NCBI GenBank assembly: GCA_964485285.1
Contig: CAZAIW010000001.1
Coordinates: 306-45,097, forward strand
Origin: an uncultured Burkholderiaceae bacterium
Lineage (GTDB): Bacteria > Pseudomonadota > Gammaproteobacteria > Burkholderiales > Burkholderiaceae_C
Reading direction: 5' to 3'
DNA length: 44,792 nt
The notes under the pieces are model-generated. The model saw nothing but the letters and a program-made list of their open reading frames with translations, was not told the origin of the DNA and did no database searches. Made by a program: the position numbers and the translations under genes. This document shows, piece after piece, positions 1 to 13,229 of this stretch (position 1 is the first letter of the stretch; every line of letters begins with the position of its first letter).

Positions 1-140
1 ACAGCTACTACGATGCCGAGCGCATTTTGGTTCCCGACGTGCCAACCAAACTAGCGCGTTTGGCGTTAATCGCTGCAACCGCTCAGGTTTTGAAAAACGG
101 ATTGGCCGTTTTAGGCGTGAGCGCCCCTCACAAAATGTGA
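1..140 (+). CDS. argS: arginyl-tRNA synthetase, C-terminal end (5' part outside window)
   Basis: The frame starting at nt 3 reads [45 protein letters not shown] with stop TGA at 138-140. This matches the conserved ArgS C-terminus (...LLGVSAPxxM). It is absent from the ORF track because it has no start codon in the window. Confidence 0.8.
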   Translation, partial: SYYDAERILVPDVPTKLARLALIAATAQVLKNGLAVLGVSAPHKM

Positions 141-147
141 CAATCCA

Positions 148-780
148 GTGATGAACAAGATCCACCCACACACACCTCTTCAGCAGCAGCGCGGCGGCAC
201 GCTGCTGGGCGTTATCGTTGGCCTGCTCGTGGGGCTAGGCATCGCGCTAGGCGTTGCCCTTTACGTGATGAAGGTACCCACACCGTTTAATAGCAAGAGC
301 ACCAGCCGCACGCCAGCCCAAGACGCAGCCGAAGCGCAAAAGAATAAAGACTGGAACCCCAACGCCGCGCTGGCTAATAAAGCCTCCAGCAAACCCACCG
401 ACCCCGCAGCCCCCACCACGCCTGCGCCAGCGGCTGCTGAACCCAAAAATGACACCCCCCCTAAGCCGCAAGCCTCATCCAACGGGGCTTCCCAAGCCAC
501 TAGTGCCACAAGCCCAAGCGATACAAGGCCTACAGGCGATGAGGCTGCTGAGTATTACGTTCAAGTGGGCGCTTTTCGCAACAACGACGAAGCTCAGGCT
601 CTGCGCGGCAAGTTGGCACTCTCTAACTTTGAAAGCAAAGTCATGGAGCGCGAGCAATCGGGTCAAAAAGTCTTTCGCGTTCGCGTGGGTCCCTTTCCTA
701 ACCAGGCCGCAGGCGACAAAGCCAAAGCCAGCCTAGACGCGGCAGGTTTTGACACCATAGTTGTGCGTGCGCAACGCTAA
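148..780 (+). CDS. SPOR domain-containing membrane protein
   Basis: Has an N-terminal TM helix (LLGVIVGLLVGLGIALGVALYV), a Pro/Ala/Thr-rich linker and a C-terminal SPOR-like signature (YYVQVGAFRNNDEAQALRGKL...FRVRVGPF). The start is GTG 148 or ATG 151. The argS-SPOR-dsbA order is common in Burkholderiales. Confidence 0.8.
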   Translation: MMNKIHPHTPLQQQRGGTLLGVIVGLLVGLGIALGVALYVMKVPTPFNSKSTSRTPAQDAAEAQKNKDWNPNAALANKASSKPTDPAAPTTPAPAAAEPKNDTPPKPQASSNGASQATSATSPSDTRPTGDEAAEYYVQVGAFRNNDEAQALRGKLALSNFESKVMEREQSGQKVFRVRVGPFPNQAAGDKAKASLDAAGFDTIVVRAQR

Positions 781-815
781 CGTTTTACCTCCACCACCTC
801 GATTGGATATTTAGC

Positions 816-1499
816 ATGAACCCAGAACTTTGCTCCACCTTCACGCGCCGCGATATGGGCGGCCTCTCGTTAGGCGCAGCAGCGCTACTCACCGGTCTAT
901 CGGGCTTACCAGCTCCATCAGCCTTGGCGCAAGGTAAGGCCCCTGAAGAAAACACGGACTACATCAAGCTAGACAAACCGGCTGCCACCGAGGGTGTCAA
1001 AGGAAAAATTGAGGTGGTCGAATTTTTTTGGTACCACTGCCCACACTGCAATCACTTTGAACCCACGCTCCAAGCTTGGTTGAAAAAGCTGCCCAAAGAC
1101 GTGCACTTTCGGCGCGTCCACGTGGCGTTTAGACCCAACTTTGTGTTTGACCAGCAACTGTTCTACACGCTAGAGGCCATGGGCAAGATCGAGCAACTCC
1201 ACGCCAAAGTTTTTGCCGCCATTCATACCGAGCGCGTGACGTTGGATACCCGCGAACAAATCATCGAATGGGTCACCAAGCAAGGCATCAACAAAACCGA
1301 ATTCACCAAAATTTACGACAGCTTTGCCATTGGCTCTAAAGCCACGAGGGCCACGCAATTGCAAACCGCCTACGGCGTGACGGGCGTGCCCTCGCTCGGT
1401 ATTGCCGGGCAGTTCTATACCGATGGCGCTTTGGCGCAAAGCATGGAGCGCGCACTGCAAATCACCGACTATTTGGTCAACAAGCTGCGCAAAAAATAA
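816..1499 (+). CDS. dsbA: thiol:disulfide interchange protein DsbA
   Basis: Carries the thioredoxin-fold active site [14 protein letters not shown] (CPHC) and has DsbA length. The signal peptide ends in SALAQG, and its n-region contains TRRDMGG (see findings). Confidence 0.85.
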   Translation: MNPELCSTFTRRDMGGLSLGAAALLTGLSGLPAPSALAQGKAPEENTDYIKLDKPAATEGVKGKIEVVEFFWYHCPHCNHFEPTLQAWLKKLPKDVHFRRVHVAFRPNFVFDQQLFYTLEAMGKIEQLHAKVFAAIHTERVTLDTREQIIEWVTKQGINKTEFTKIYDSFAIGSKATRATQLQTAYGVTGVPSLGIAGQFYTDGALAQSMERALQITDYLVNKLRKK

Positions 1500-1521
1500 A
1501 CCATTGGCAAGGGCAACTCCT

Positions 1522-2427
1522 TTGAAAGTCATCTTTGCGGGAACGCCCGAATTTGCCGCCGTCGCCCTGCAAGCCTTGCTAGATGCGGGGTTTGAAGTTC
1601 CCTTGGTGCTGACCCAACCTGACCGACCGGCCGGGCGTGGCCTCAAACTGCAAGCCTCTGCCGTCAAGCAATTAGCGCTTGCGCACCATCTGCCACTGGC
1701 CCAGCCGCTCAGTCTGCGCTTGGGTGGCAAGCACCCAGACGATGCGCTGGCGGCTCGTCAACTGATCGATGCGGCGCAGGCTGACTTTATGGTCGTTGCG
1801 GCTTACGGCTTGATCTTGCCGCAGTGGACGCTTGATGCGCCGCGCCACGGCTGCCTGAACATTCACGCTTCGCTACTGCCGCGCTGGCGTGGTGCAGCGC
1901 CGATTCACCGCGCGATTGAAGCGGGCGACAAAGAGACGGGTGTCACCATCATGCAAATGGATGCGGGACTTGACACCGGCGCGATGCTGCTCAAACAGTC
2001 ACTACCCATCGATGCCCAAGACACCACCCAGACGCTGCACGATAAACTAGCCCGGCTTGGCGCAAGCCTTATCCAACAAGCCTTGCAAGACTATGTCAAG
2101 CTGAAAGCCACACCCCAAGCGGGTGATGGCATTACGTATGCAGCAAAAATCTCCAAGGCCGAAGCAGCGCTGGACTGGTCACAGGATGCCGCAAGTCTCG
2201 AACGAAAAATCCGCGCCTTCAACCCAGCGCCGGGCTGCACAGCGCTGCTTGGCGGCGAGACCGTCAAGGTATGGCAGGCGCAACTAGCGCCAACGCCCAG
2301 CGGCATAGCCGTGCAAACCGGTAGCACCAGCGCCAACAACCTTGGGACGCTGTTTATCACCGAGCTGCAACGCGCAGGCGGTAAACGCATGAGCGCCGCC
2401 GAGTATGTGCGAGGGTTGAAGAGTTAA
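1522..2427 (+). CDS. fmt: methionyl-tRNA formyltransferase
   Basis: The canonical Fmt N-terminus (M)[22 protein letters not shown] begins at in-frame TTG 1522, preceded by AAGGG about 8 nt upstream. Motifs [11 protein letters not shown] and [14 protein letters not shown] are present. The track ORF start at 1402 would overlap dsbA and adds non-homologous residues. Confidence 0.9.
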   Translation: MKVIFAGTPEFAAVALQALLDAGFEVPLVLTQPDRPAGRGLKLQASAVKQLALAHHLPLAQPLSLRLGGKHPDDALAARQLIDAAQADFMVVAAYGLILPQWTLDAPRHGCLNIHASLLPRWRGAAPIHRAIEAGDKETGVTIMQMDAGLDTGAMLLKQSLPIDAQDTTQTLHDKLARLGASLIQQALQDYVKLKATPQAGDGITYAAKISKAEAALDWSQDAASLERKIRAFNPAPGCTALLGGETVKVWQAQLAPTPSGIAVQTGSTSANNLGTLFITELQRAGGKRMSAAEYVRGLKS

Positions 2428-2474
2428 CGGCACCCCGCCTTTTACTCCATTGACTTCGGTTTCTCACCAAAAAT

Positions 2475-2493
2475 GTGTAGACAAACGTGTAGA
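2475..2493 (+). promoter_or_regulatory. direct repeat GTGTAGA-N5-GTGTAGA immediately upstream of brnT (candidate operator/promoter; TAGAAT at 2490-2495)
   Basis: GTGTAGA occurs at 2475-2481 and 2487-2493. The second copy overlaps a -10-like TAGAAT only 5 nt before the brnT ATG, so the leader would be very short or absent. No convincing -35 lies at canonical spacing. Confidence 0.3.
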
Positions 2494-2500
2494 ATAAAAA

Positions 2501-2785
2501 ATGAAAATCGCGGGCATTGATTGGGATGATGGCAATTGGCCAAAGTGCGGTAAGCATGGTGTGTCACGCATGGAAATTGAAGAGGTTCTGCTGGGCACAC
2601 CGGCAGTCATGCCAGACCCCAACCCAGATGAGCCTCGTATGAGAGCTATCGGAAAAACAAACTTGGGGCGTTATGTTTTTTTGGTTTTTATGCTCCGAAA
2701 AATAGACTCAAAAAACTGGTTACGCCCAATCAGCGCCCGGTACATGCATCAAAAGGAGATTGACCGCTATGAAAACCGCTTCTAA
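2501..2785 (+). CDS. brnT: BrnT-family (DUF497) type II toxin
   Basis: Shows the DUF497/BrnT pattern: IDWDDGNWPKCGKHGVSRMEIEEVL...RMRAIGKTNLGRYVFLVFMLR...LRPISARYMHQKEIDRYE. Small (94 aa), AT-richer than its flanks, and overlaps the downstream antitoxin gene. Confidence 0.8.
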   Translation: MKIAGIDWDDGNWPKCGKHGVSRMEIEEVLLGTPAVMPDPNPDEPRMRAIGKTNLGRYVFLVFMLRKIDSKNWLRPISARYMHQKEIDRYENRF

Positions 2786-3026
2786 GTCCATGCCATCTAT
2801 CACGAGCGACGCACAAGCGGAGCGCTTTGTAGAAACAGCTGTTCTTTCGGACTACGATCTGTCGGGGTTCACGCCTATGCGTTTTGAGCTAGAGCCCAAA
2901 ACAGCGGCATTGCATATGCGGTTACCTCAAAATTTGCTTCATGCTTTGAAGGCTAAGGCGCAAGCAAAAAGAATACCCTACACACGCTATGTGCGTCAGC
3001 TTTTGGAGAGGGAAGTTGCCGCCTAA
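2769..3026 (+). CDS. brnA: BrnA-family (CopG/RHH-like) antitoxin
   Basis: The C-terminal RHH-like segment HMRLPQNLLHALKAKAQAKRIPYTRYVRQLLEREV is typical of BrnA. ATG 2769 lies 9 nt after AAGGAG (2754-2759); TTG 2760 is an alternative start. Overlaps the brnT stop codon. Confidence 0.75.
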   Translation: MKTASKSMPSITSDAQAERFVETAVLSDYDLSGFTPMRFELEPKTAALHMRLPQNLLHALKAKAQAKRIPYTRYVRQLLEREVAA

Positions 3027-3056
3027 AACCTCAATCGCCAAGACCACAAAATAGCG

Positions 3057-4067
3057 CTAAAAATTCTTGCGCAAGTCCATGCCAGCGTACAGCTGCGCGA
3101 CTTGGTCAGCGTAACCGTTCAACATCTCGGTTTTGCGCCGCTTCGCAAACAGCCCGCCAGTATCGCCAATGCGGCGCTCGGTTGCTTGGCTCCAGCGCGG
3201 ATGATCAACCTGTGGATTGACGTTGGAGTAAAAACCATATTCGTTACGTGCCGCTTTATTCCATGCGGTGGCGGGCATCTTGTCGGTGATGCGGATTTTG
3301 ACGATGCTCTTGGCGCTTTTAAAACCATACTTCCAAGGCACCACAAGGCGCACCGGAGCCCCGTTTTGATTGGGTAGCACTTCGCCGTACATGCCAAAGG
3401 CCAGCATGGTCAGCGGGTGCATAGCCTCGTCTAAGCGCAGGCCTTCGGTATACGGCCAATCGAGCACACCCGAGCGTATGCCCGGCATTTGCGCTTTGTC
3501 CGCTAGCGAGACAAACTCCACAAATTGAGCGCTGGGCAGCAGCTCTACTTTTTTCAAAAGCGTCACCAGCGAATAGCCCACCCACGGAATCACCATCGAC
3601 CAGCCCTCAACGCAGCGCAAACGGTAGATGCGCTCTTCCATCGCCGACAGTTTCATCACATCATCTAAAGCGTACTTCGCGGGCTTTTTAACCAGTCCCT
3701 CCACCTCGATCGTCCAAGGCGTGGTTTGGAGCGTGTGCGCCCTCCTCGCGGGTTCGTCTTTATCGGTACCAAATTCGTAATAGTTGTTGTAGCTGCTCGC
3801 GTCTTTGTACTCGGTGGGCTTGTCGATGGTGCTAGCGCCAGGAACCTTGGAAGCCACGCCCGCTAAAGCCTTGTGCTGACCTGGCGGCGCTGTGGCGGCC
3901 AGCGCATCAGCGCTCATTAGTCCAAGCCCAGCACCCAAGGACGCAGCCCCAGTCGCGCCCTTGCCCATGAGCGCGAGCCACTGGCGTCTGCGCAGGTAGT
4001 CGCGGTGCGGGGTGATCTCGGACGGATACGGATGGTTAAATCCAGACAGGGTGGATCGAATCAGCAT
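3057..4067 (-). CDS. msrP: protein-methionine-sulfoxide reductase catalytic subunit MsrP (YedY, molybdopterin)
   Basis: Alignable over its full length to E. coli MsrP from memory ([90 protein letters not shown]). Tat signal LRRRQWLAL...ADALA. ATG 4067 is preceded by AAAGGAG; the track's TTG 4085 is less likely. Confidence 0.9.
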   Translation of the reverse strand: MLIRSTLSGFNHPYPSEITPHRDYLRRRQWLALMGKGATGAASLGAGLGLMSADALAATAPPGQHKALAGVASKVPGASTIDKPTEYKDASSYNNYYEFGTDKDEPARRAHTLQTTPWTIEVEGLVKKPAKYALDDVMKLSAMEERIYRLRCVEGWSMVIPWVGYSLVTLLKKVELLPSAQFVEFVSLADKAQMPGIRSGVLDWPYTEGLRLDEAMHPLTMLAFGMYGEVLPNQNGAPVRLVVPWKYGFKSAKSIVKIRITDKMPATAWNKAARNEYGFYSNVNPQVDHPRWSQATERRIGDTGGLFAKRRKTEMLNGYADQVAQLYAGMDLRKNF

Positions 4068-4088
4068 CACGCGCTCCTTTGTCAATCT

Positions 4089-6428
4089 TTAAAACGCCGC
4101 TAGCGCGTCCAGCACAATGGCGGGGGTGAGCACTTCGGGCAGCAATTGCGGCTGACTTGCCTTGGGCGAGTACAGCGCATAGACCGGCAAGCCCGAACGC
4201 CCAAGCCGCGTGAGCTCAGCAGCAATGGCGGGGTTGGGTTTGGTCCAGTCGGCACGCAGCAGCACAACTTGTTTGGCTTTGAATGCCGCCTCGACTTCGG
4301 CGCGGCTCAGTGTGGAAGATTTATTAACCTGACAGGTCAAGCACCACGCGGCCGTGAAGTCAACCAGCACGGGTTTGCCTGCGGCTCGCGCCGCCGCCTG
4401 CGCCTGCGGTGTCCACGCCGTCCACACACCAAGGGATGGAGTTCCCGCCGGTGCATTTGGATCAATGCTGGCATCCACACCGGGCACGCTGGCCGATCCA
4501 TCGGCATCGTTGGCGCTATGCCACAAAGCAAATGAACTCAATAAGCTGAGCGTAAAAATCGTCATCACCAGGGTGCGCGGCAGTCCTCTTGGCAAGCCCA
4601 CCGACCAAATGAACGCGGTCAACATGAGCAGCGAAAACGACAACGCAAAAGCCTCGTTGATACTGGTTTGCTGCGCGTAAATCCACACCAACCAAAACAC
4701 CGTTGCAAATACCGGCCAAGCTAAGAAATGTCGCATCGTGACCATCCAACTACCGGGCTTGGGCAACAGATTTAGCAGCCATCCGCCCACACGTGGATAC
4801 GCAGCAATCAGCAAAAACGGCAGCGCCATGCCCAGCCCCATCGCAACAAAAATCAATATCGCCTGCGCCGCAGGCAGACTAATGGCCAGCCCTAGCGATG
4901 CGCCCATAAACGGAGCCGTACACGGTGTCGCAATCAGCACCGCCAAAGCGCCGCTCGCCAAGGTATCGACCGCCGGATGCGAGGATTGAAAATTGACCAA
5001 CCGCCTTGGGAACACCAGCCGAAGCTCAAACGCTTCAAACAAGTTCAAGCCAATCAACATAAACAGCAGCGCCAGCGCCATCACCATATAAGGCGACTGC
5101 AACTGAAAGCCCCAGCCTAAACTCTGTCCAGCGCCACGCAGTATCAACAGCAACAAGCCCAGCAACCCGAAGCTGCCCACCACGCCCAGCGCAAAAAGTC
5201 CGCTGGATGATCGCAGCGAGAGCGTGTCGTCCGACAGCACGCTGGCAGCGCCCGTTGACTCGATCATCACCTTGGCCGTGCTGGATTTGGCCTCGACCAC
5301 TTTATTGGGCGAAAAGCTCAGCAGCTTAATGGCCAAAACCGGCAAGACGCAGGGCATCAAATTCAAAATCAAGCCGCCTAATAAGGCACCCGACACCGCC
5401 ATCCAAAATGCCGCACTCGTCCACGAGGCCGTCAGCGCGCCACTTTCGGACTGGGCGCGATGCTTGGCCTCTTGTTTGCTTTTTTCAAGTGCCGCTTCTA
5501 GCGCAGGGCTTATGGCGCTTGGCTTGGCGGCAGGCGCTGCCGGCCAAGCCCCATCCAGCTTGGCTTGCACGCGAAGCGATGGGTTGCTTGGGCTTCCGGC
5601 AATCTTGATCACCCACGCCATGTCCGCAGGGCTTTTGGCGCGCTGTGCGCCCAGCGCAACCACCGCCGTCCACTGAGTGCCCTGCCAGTTTTGATCGGGG
5701 GTGGCGGCGGTTTCAATCACCTCGGCATCCTCAGCAAACAACTCTAAACGCTTGCCTTGCCAAGCGGCGGGCAGCGCCGCCACCGACAGCTTGATGGAGC
5801 GATCACTGGGCGTATAGGTTGCGGCACCCGTGTGTGGTTTGGGTTCACGCGCGGCAAATTCGATAAAGACGGGGCGGCTAAGCGCCGTCGCCCCGCGCAC
5901 AGGCATGCTGAGTAAAAACTCGCCTTCTTCAGGGATGCATTCGGTCTTGCACGCCAGCCACTGGGCTTTTAGACGGATCACAAATTCACTACTGGCACTT
6001 TGAAAATCGCCCGCCACCGTCACTGGTACGGTCAAAAGCACAGCGCCCTCGTAACCATAATTGGCAAGATTGGCAACTGGGATTTTTTGTGGCGTGGGCC
6101 ACTGGATAGCGCCCGCTGTGACTCCCGCAGGCAGTGTCCAGTGGAGCTGCGTAGCAAGCCCCGAGTCGCCGGGATTCTTCCAATACGTGTGCCAACCCGC
6201 CTGATGCTGCAGATGCAACCCCAACCAAAGCGGCTTACCTGCTTGTACGCCGTCGGGGGCGTAGGCCATCAGTTCAGCGCGGACATGCGGCGTGGTCAGC
6301 ACACGACCCGCGACAGGTGCCGAAGAGAATAAATCGGACTTAGCAGGTGTCTGCGCCCATGACGAAGTCACCAAGCCCATGAGCAAAGCGACACGAAGCA
6401 GCAGCAAAAAAAGAATGCGACAAATCAT
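4089..6428 (-). CDS. ScsB/DsbD-family membrane protein-disulfide reductase (779 aa)
   Basis: Has a signal peptide and an N-terminal ScsB-type periplasmic domain (HTYWKNPGDSG; CKTECIPE). The DsbD-type membrane core carries the two conserved Cys (NLMPCVLPV, ATPCTAPF). A C-terminal thioredoxin domain has WCLTC. Confidence 0.85.
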   Translation of the reverse strand: MICRILFLLLLRVALLMGLVTSSWAQTPAKSDLFSSAPVAGRVLTTPHVRAELMAYAPDGVQAGKPLWLGLHLQHQAGWHTYWKNPGDSGLATQLHWTLPAGVTAGAIQWPTPQKIPVANLANYGYEGAVLLTVPVTVAGDFQSASSEFVIRLKAQWLACKTECIPEEGEFLLSMPVRGATALSRPVFIEFAAREPKPHTGAATYTPSDRSIKLSVAALPAAWQGKRLELFAEDAEVIETAATPDQNWQGTQWTAVVALGAQRAKSPADMAWVIKIAGSPSNPSLRVQAKLDGAWPAAPAAKPSAISPALEAALEKSKQEAKHRAQSESGALTASWTSAAFWMAVSGALLGGLILNLMPCVLPVLAIKLLSFSPNKVVEAKSSTAKVMIESTGAASVLSDDTLSLRSSSGLFALGVVGSFGLLGLLLLILRGAGQSLGWGFQLQSPYMVMALALLFMLIGLNLFEAFELRLVFPRRLVNFQSSHPAVDTLASGALAVLIATPCTAPFMGASLGLAISLPAAQAILIFVAMGLGMALPFLLIAAYPRVGGWLLNLLPKPGSWMVTMRHFLAWPVFATVFWLVWIYAQQTSINEAFALSFSLLMLTAFIWSVGLPRGLPRTLVMTIFTLSLLSSFALWHSANDADGSASVPGVDASIDPNAPAGTPSLGVWTAWTPQAQAAARAAGKPVLVDFTAAWCLTCQVNKSSTLSRAEVEAAFKAKQVVLLRADWTKPNPAIAAELTRLGRSGLPVYALYSPKASQPQLLPEVLTPAIVLDALAAF

Positions 6429-6496
6429 GAGCGACTAGTATAGGTGGAGACGAGCGATCAACCGATCACGTAGCCGTAGGCACCACGCGCATACCC

Positions 6497-8803
<2,307 letters not shown>

Positions 8804-8824
8804 AGACAATGCGATTATCCGTGT

Positions 8825-10927
<2,103 letters not shown>

Positions 10928-10991
10928 TAGAATGTCAGCCTTGCCAGCCTAGGCAGACGGCTGCGGCCACCGTGAAAATAACGGCTATTCA

Positions 10992-11000
10992 CCCCCCCCC
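10992..11000. repeat. C9 homopolymer tract
   Basis: Nine consecutive C, read directly, 20 nt upstream of the ATG at 11020. Confidence 0.95.
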
Positions 11001-11019
11001 TCTTAGACCAAGGTCACCC

Positions 11020-11283
11020 ATGCTACTGGATGCATCAAAACTAAAAGCCGCTGCTTTATCCGTCTTGATGGAGCATATTGGACTGGCGGCCTATCCCATC
11101 GCCGATGAGTTCATGGATGCCTACGTACAGCAAGCGACCATGAAGTTCCGCACGGGTGACCGTTTGACTTTTTTACCTTGGCTTGTCGCCGACATACTGA
11201 CCGAAAAGCTGCCTGCGGCGCTACCCATCAAAGACATCGCGCAAGCCATTACCACCACTTACCAATCTTCTACCCAGCCTTAA
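11020..11283 (+). CDS. hypothetical small cytoplasmic protein (87 aa)
   Basis: ORF starting MLLDASKLKAAALSVLMEHIGLAAYP, with a weak AGG 6 nt upstream. It has no recognisable motif, TM helix or signal peptide. GC content is lower than in recG and oxyR. The track's TTG start at 10924 overlaps the recG stop and is unlikely. Confidence 0.5.
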   Translation: MLLDASKLKAAALSVLMEHIGLAAYPIADEFMDAYVQQATMKFRTGDRLTFLPWLVADILTEKLPAALPIKDIAQAITTTYQSSTQP

Positions 11284-11297
11284 GGAGCACTGTTCAC

Positions 11298-12203
11298 ATG
11301 ACTTCCATTCGTAAAAACCTCCAGCTTGGACTGCTGCTGGTCATTGCCTTTTTTGTCTTGCAAATCGGCGTTTATTTTTTCACCGAAACCAGCATTCAAA
11401 CCAACTTAGGGACGATTGTTAAAACCAATACACAAGTGGCCTCCAAAATTTCGACCTTGGCGATCAATGCCCAGCAAATTCGCCGCTACGAAAAAGAGTA
11501 TTTCATCTACGTCACCAACATTGAAAAGCGCAACGGCTATGTTGCCGAGTGGACTGAAGCCGTCCAAAAGGCGGAACGTCTTTTGCAAGAGCTAGAGGAG
11601 AACAAGCAAGCGCTGCTGAGCGTTACCGAAATCAGAAATGTCACGGACTGGAAGCAGTCACTGGCTTTTTATAGGAGCGAGATGCTTAAAATTTTTACGC
11701 TCGTCAACACGCAAAATTCTGCTGAGAACATCGCACTGCAAAACGCCCCAGCCCCAGCAGCTAAACCCGCCAAAGGGCAGGCTGCGGCGGCACCGGTTGT
11801 CCCTGTCCTGTTAAGCCCTAGTGAAGTCAACGCCATGATTGGCCCCGGAAAAGACAAGCTCAGCAGCGTCTTGATCAAGGGTGTGGCCGATATGGAAAAA
11901 ACCAAGGTCGACGAAACGCTGTCCTTGTCGGGTGTTGTTGACCGAGGATTTGACCGGATGACTTACATCTTCTTGGCCATCAGCGCCGTCGGCATTGTGC
12001 TGGTCTTGGTGCTCTTGGTGACGCTGCCTAAAACCATCTCCAACGCTATTACACGTCTATCCAACTCGGTCGATAAGCTCAGCAAGGGCAACATCGATGA
12101 AGCCATTGAGACCGGCAAGGTGTCCGAATTTGCCCCCCTCGCAGCTGGACTAGAGCGTCTGCGCATTGCGCAGCGTTTGCTGGTGGCGCGCTACAAAGCG
12201 TAA
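11298..12203 (+). CDS. membrane sensor-like protein: TM - periplasmic helical (4HB_MCP-like) domain - TM - HAMP, with no output domain
   Basis: A strong AAGGAG lies 10 nt upstream of ATG 11298. TM1 is LQLGLLLVIAFFVLQIGVYFF and the helical ectodomain contains RRYEKEYFIY. TM2 is MTYIFLAISAVGIVLVLVLLV. A HAMP-like segment follows (PKTISNAITRLSNSVDKLSKGNIDEAIETGKVSEFAPLAAGLERL), and the protein ends 12 residues later. Confidence 0.65.
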   Translation: MTSIRKNLQLGLLLVIAFFVLQIGVYFFTETSIQTNLGTIVKTNTQVASKISTLAINAQQIRRYEKEYFIYVTNIEKRNGYVAEWTEAVQKAERLLQELEENKQALLSVTEIRNVTDWKQSLAFYRSEMLKIFTLVNTQNSAENIALQNAPAPAAKPAKGQAAAAPVVPVLLSPSEVNAMIGPGKDKLSSVLIKGVADMEKTKVDETLSLSGVVDRGFDRMTYIFLAISAVGIVLVLVLLVTLPKTISNAITRLSNSVDKLSKGNIDEAIETGKVSEFAPLAAGLERLRIAQRLLVARYKA

Positions 12204-12233
12204 GGCTCAAGCCTCTTGACCCCGCATTAGGAC

Positions 12234-13229
12234 ATGACGCTCACCGAGCTGAAGTACATCGTTGCGGTTGCGCGTGAGCGACACTTTGGCAAAGCGGCTG
12301 ATAGCTGCCAGGTGTCGCAGCCCACGCTGTCCGTGGCGATTAAAAAATTAGAAGAAGAGCTTGACCTCAAACTTTTTGAGCGCAGCGCCTCCGAAGTGAC
12401 GGTCACGCCGCTGGGACTGCAAGTCGTGCAACAAGCCCAGCATGTGATTGAGGGTGCAGCGCAAATTAAAGAAATTGCGCTGCGCGGCAGAGACCCTTTG
12501 GCTGGGTCTATTAGCCTTGGACTCATCTACACCATTGCGCCTTATTTGCTGCCCATGCTGATGCGTCAGGTGATTGATCGCACCCCGCAAATGCCTTTGG
12601 TGCTGATCGAAAATTACACGCACCACCTGCTCACCATGCTGCGCCAAGGCGAGCTCGATTGCGCGATTTTGGCCGAGCCGTTTGATAGCACCGGGCTAGC
12701 CTGCGCGCCGCTGTACGACGAGCCCTACCGGGTAGCCGTGCCCAGCACACACCCGCTGGCTCAACAGGCCTCGGTCAGCGTCGCGCAGCTTCAATCCGAG
12801 CAGCTGCTCTTGCTCGGCAGCGGTCATTGCTTTCGGGATCACGTGCTGGGCATTTGCCCCGAGCACAAGCACAGCGACTTGCATGCCGCGCCCTCCGACT
12901 CCGCCCTAGCGGGCAGCTGGGCTCCTAGCGGCATCCGGCGCAGCTTTGAGGGCTCCTCCCTTGAGACCATCAAGCACATGGTTGCAGCTGGCATGGGAGT
13001 GACCTTGGTTCCACGCTTATCGGTTCCTGCTGAAGTGAAGCGCAGCAAAACCGATGCCTTGTATGTGCGCTACTTACCGCTCAAGCTCGCCCGGGGTGAG
13101 CCCGAACCCATGCGCCGCATCAGCCTTGTGTGGCGGCGCAGCTTTACGCGCTACGAGGCTATCGCGGCGCTGCGCAATGCCGTTTATGCGTGCGCTTTGC
13201 CAGACGTGATATGGCTCTCCAAAGCATGA
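12234..13229 (+). CDS. oxyR: LysR-family peroxide-sensing regulator OxyR
   Basis: Has the HTH segment [43 protein letters not shown]. Both redox cysteines are in the conserved context [18 protein letters not shown] (compare E. coli LEDGHCLRDQAMGFC). Confidence 0.85.
   Translation: MTLTELKYIVAVARERHFGKAADSCQVSQPTLSVAIKKLEEELDLKLFERSASEVTVTPLGLQVVQQAQHVIEGAAQIKEIALRGRDPLAGSISLGLIYTIAPYLLPMLMRQVIDRTPQMPLVLIENYTHHLLTMLRQGELDCAILAEPFDSTGLACAPLYDEPYRVAVPSTHPLAQQASVSVAQLQSEQLLLLGSGHCFRDHVLGICPEHKHSDLHAAPSDSALAGSWAPSGIRRSFEGSSLETIKHMVAAGMGVTLVPRLSVPAEVKRSKTDALYVRYLPLKLARGEPEPMRRISLVWRRSFTRYEAIAALRNAVYACALPDVIWLSKA

Noticed and set aside
1170-1730. 186-aa minus-strand ORF spanning the dsbA/fmt junction
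   Set aside because: It is antisense to two confidently assigned genes and has no recognisable domain. Shadow ORF.
2465-3054. Possible direct repeats flanking the BrnTA cassette (caccaaaaatg at 2465-2475 and ccacaaaatag at 3044-3054)
   Set aside because: They are only about 9 of 11 matching, A-rich and low-complexity, which is easily chance. They are not comparable to the 20-nt repeat flanking the PIN cassette.
12850-12960. Extra ~19 residues in OxyR right after the second redox cysteine, relative to E. coli OxyR
   Set aside because: As far as I recall, betaproteobacterial OxyR proteins generally have a longer segment here. It is probably lineage-typical rather than unusual.
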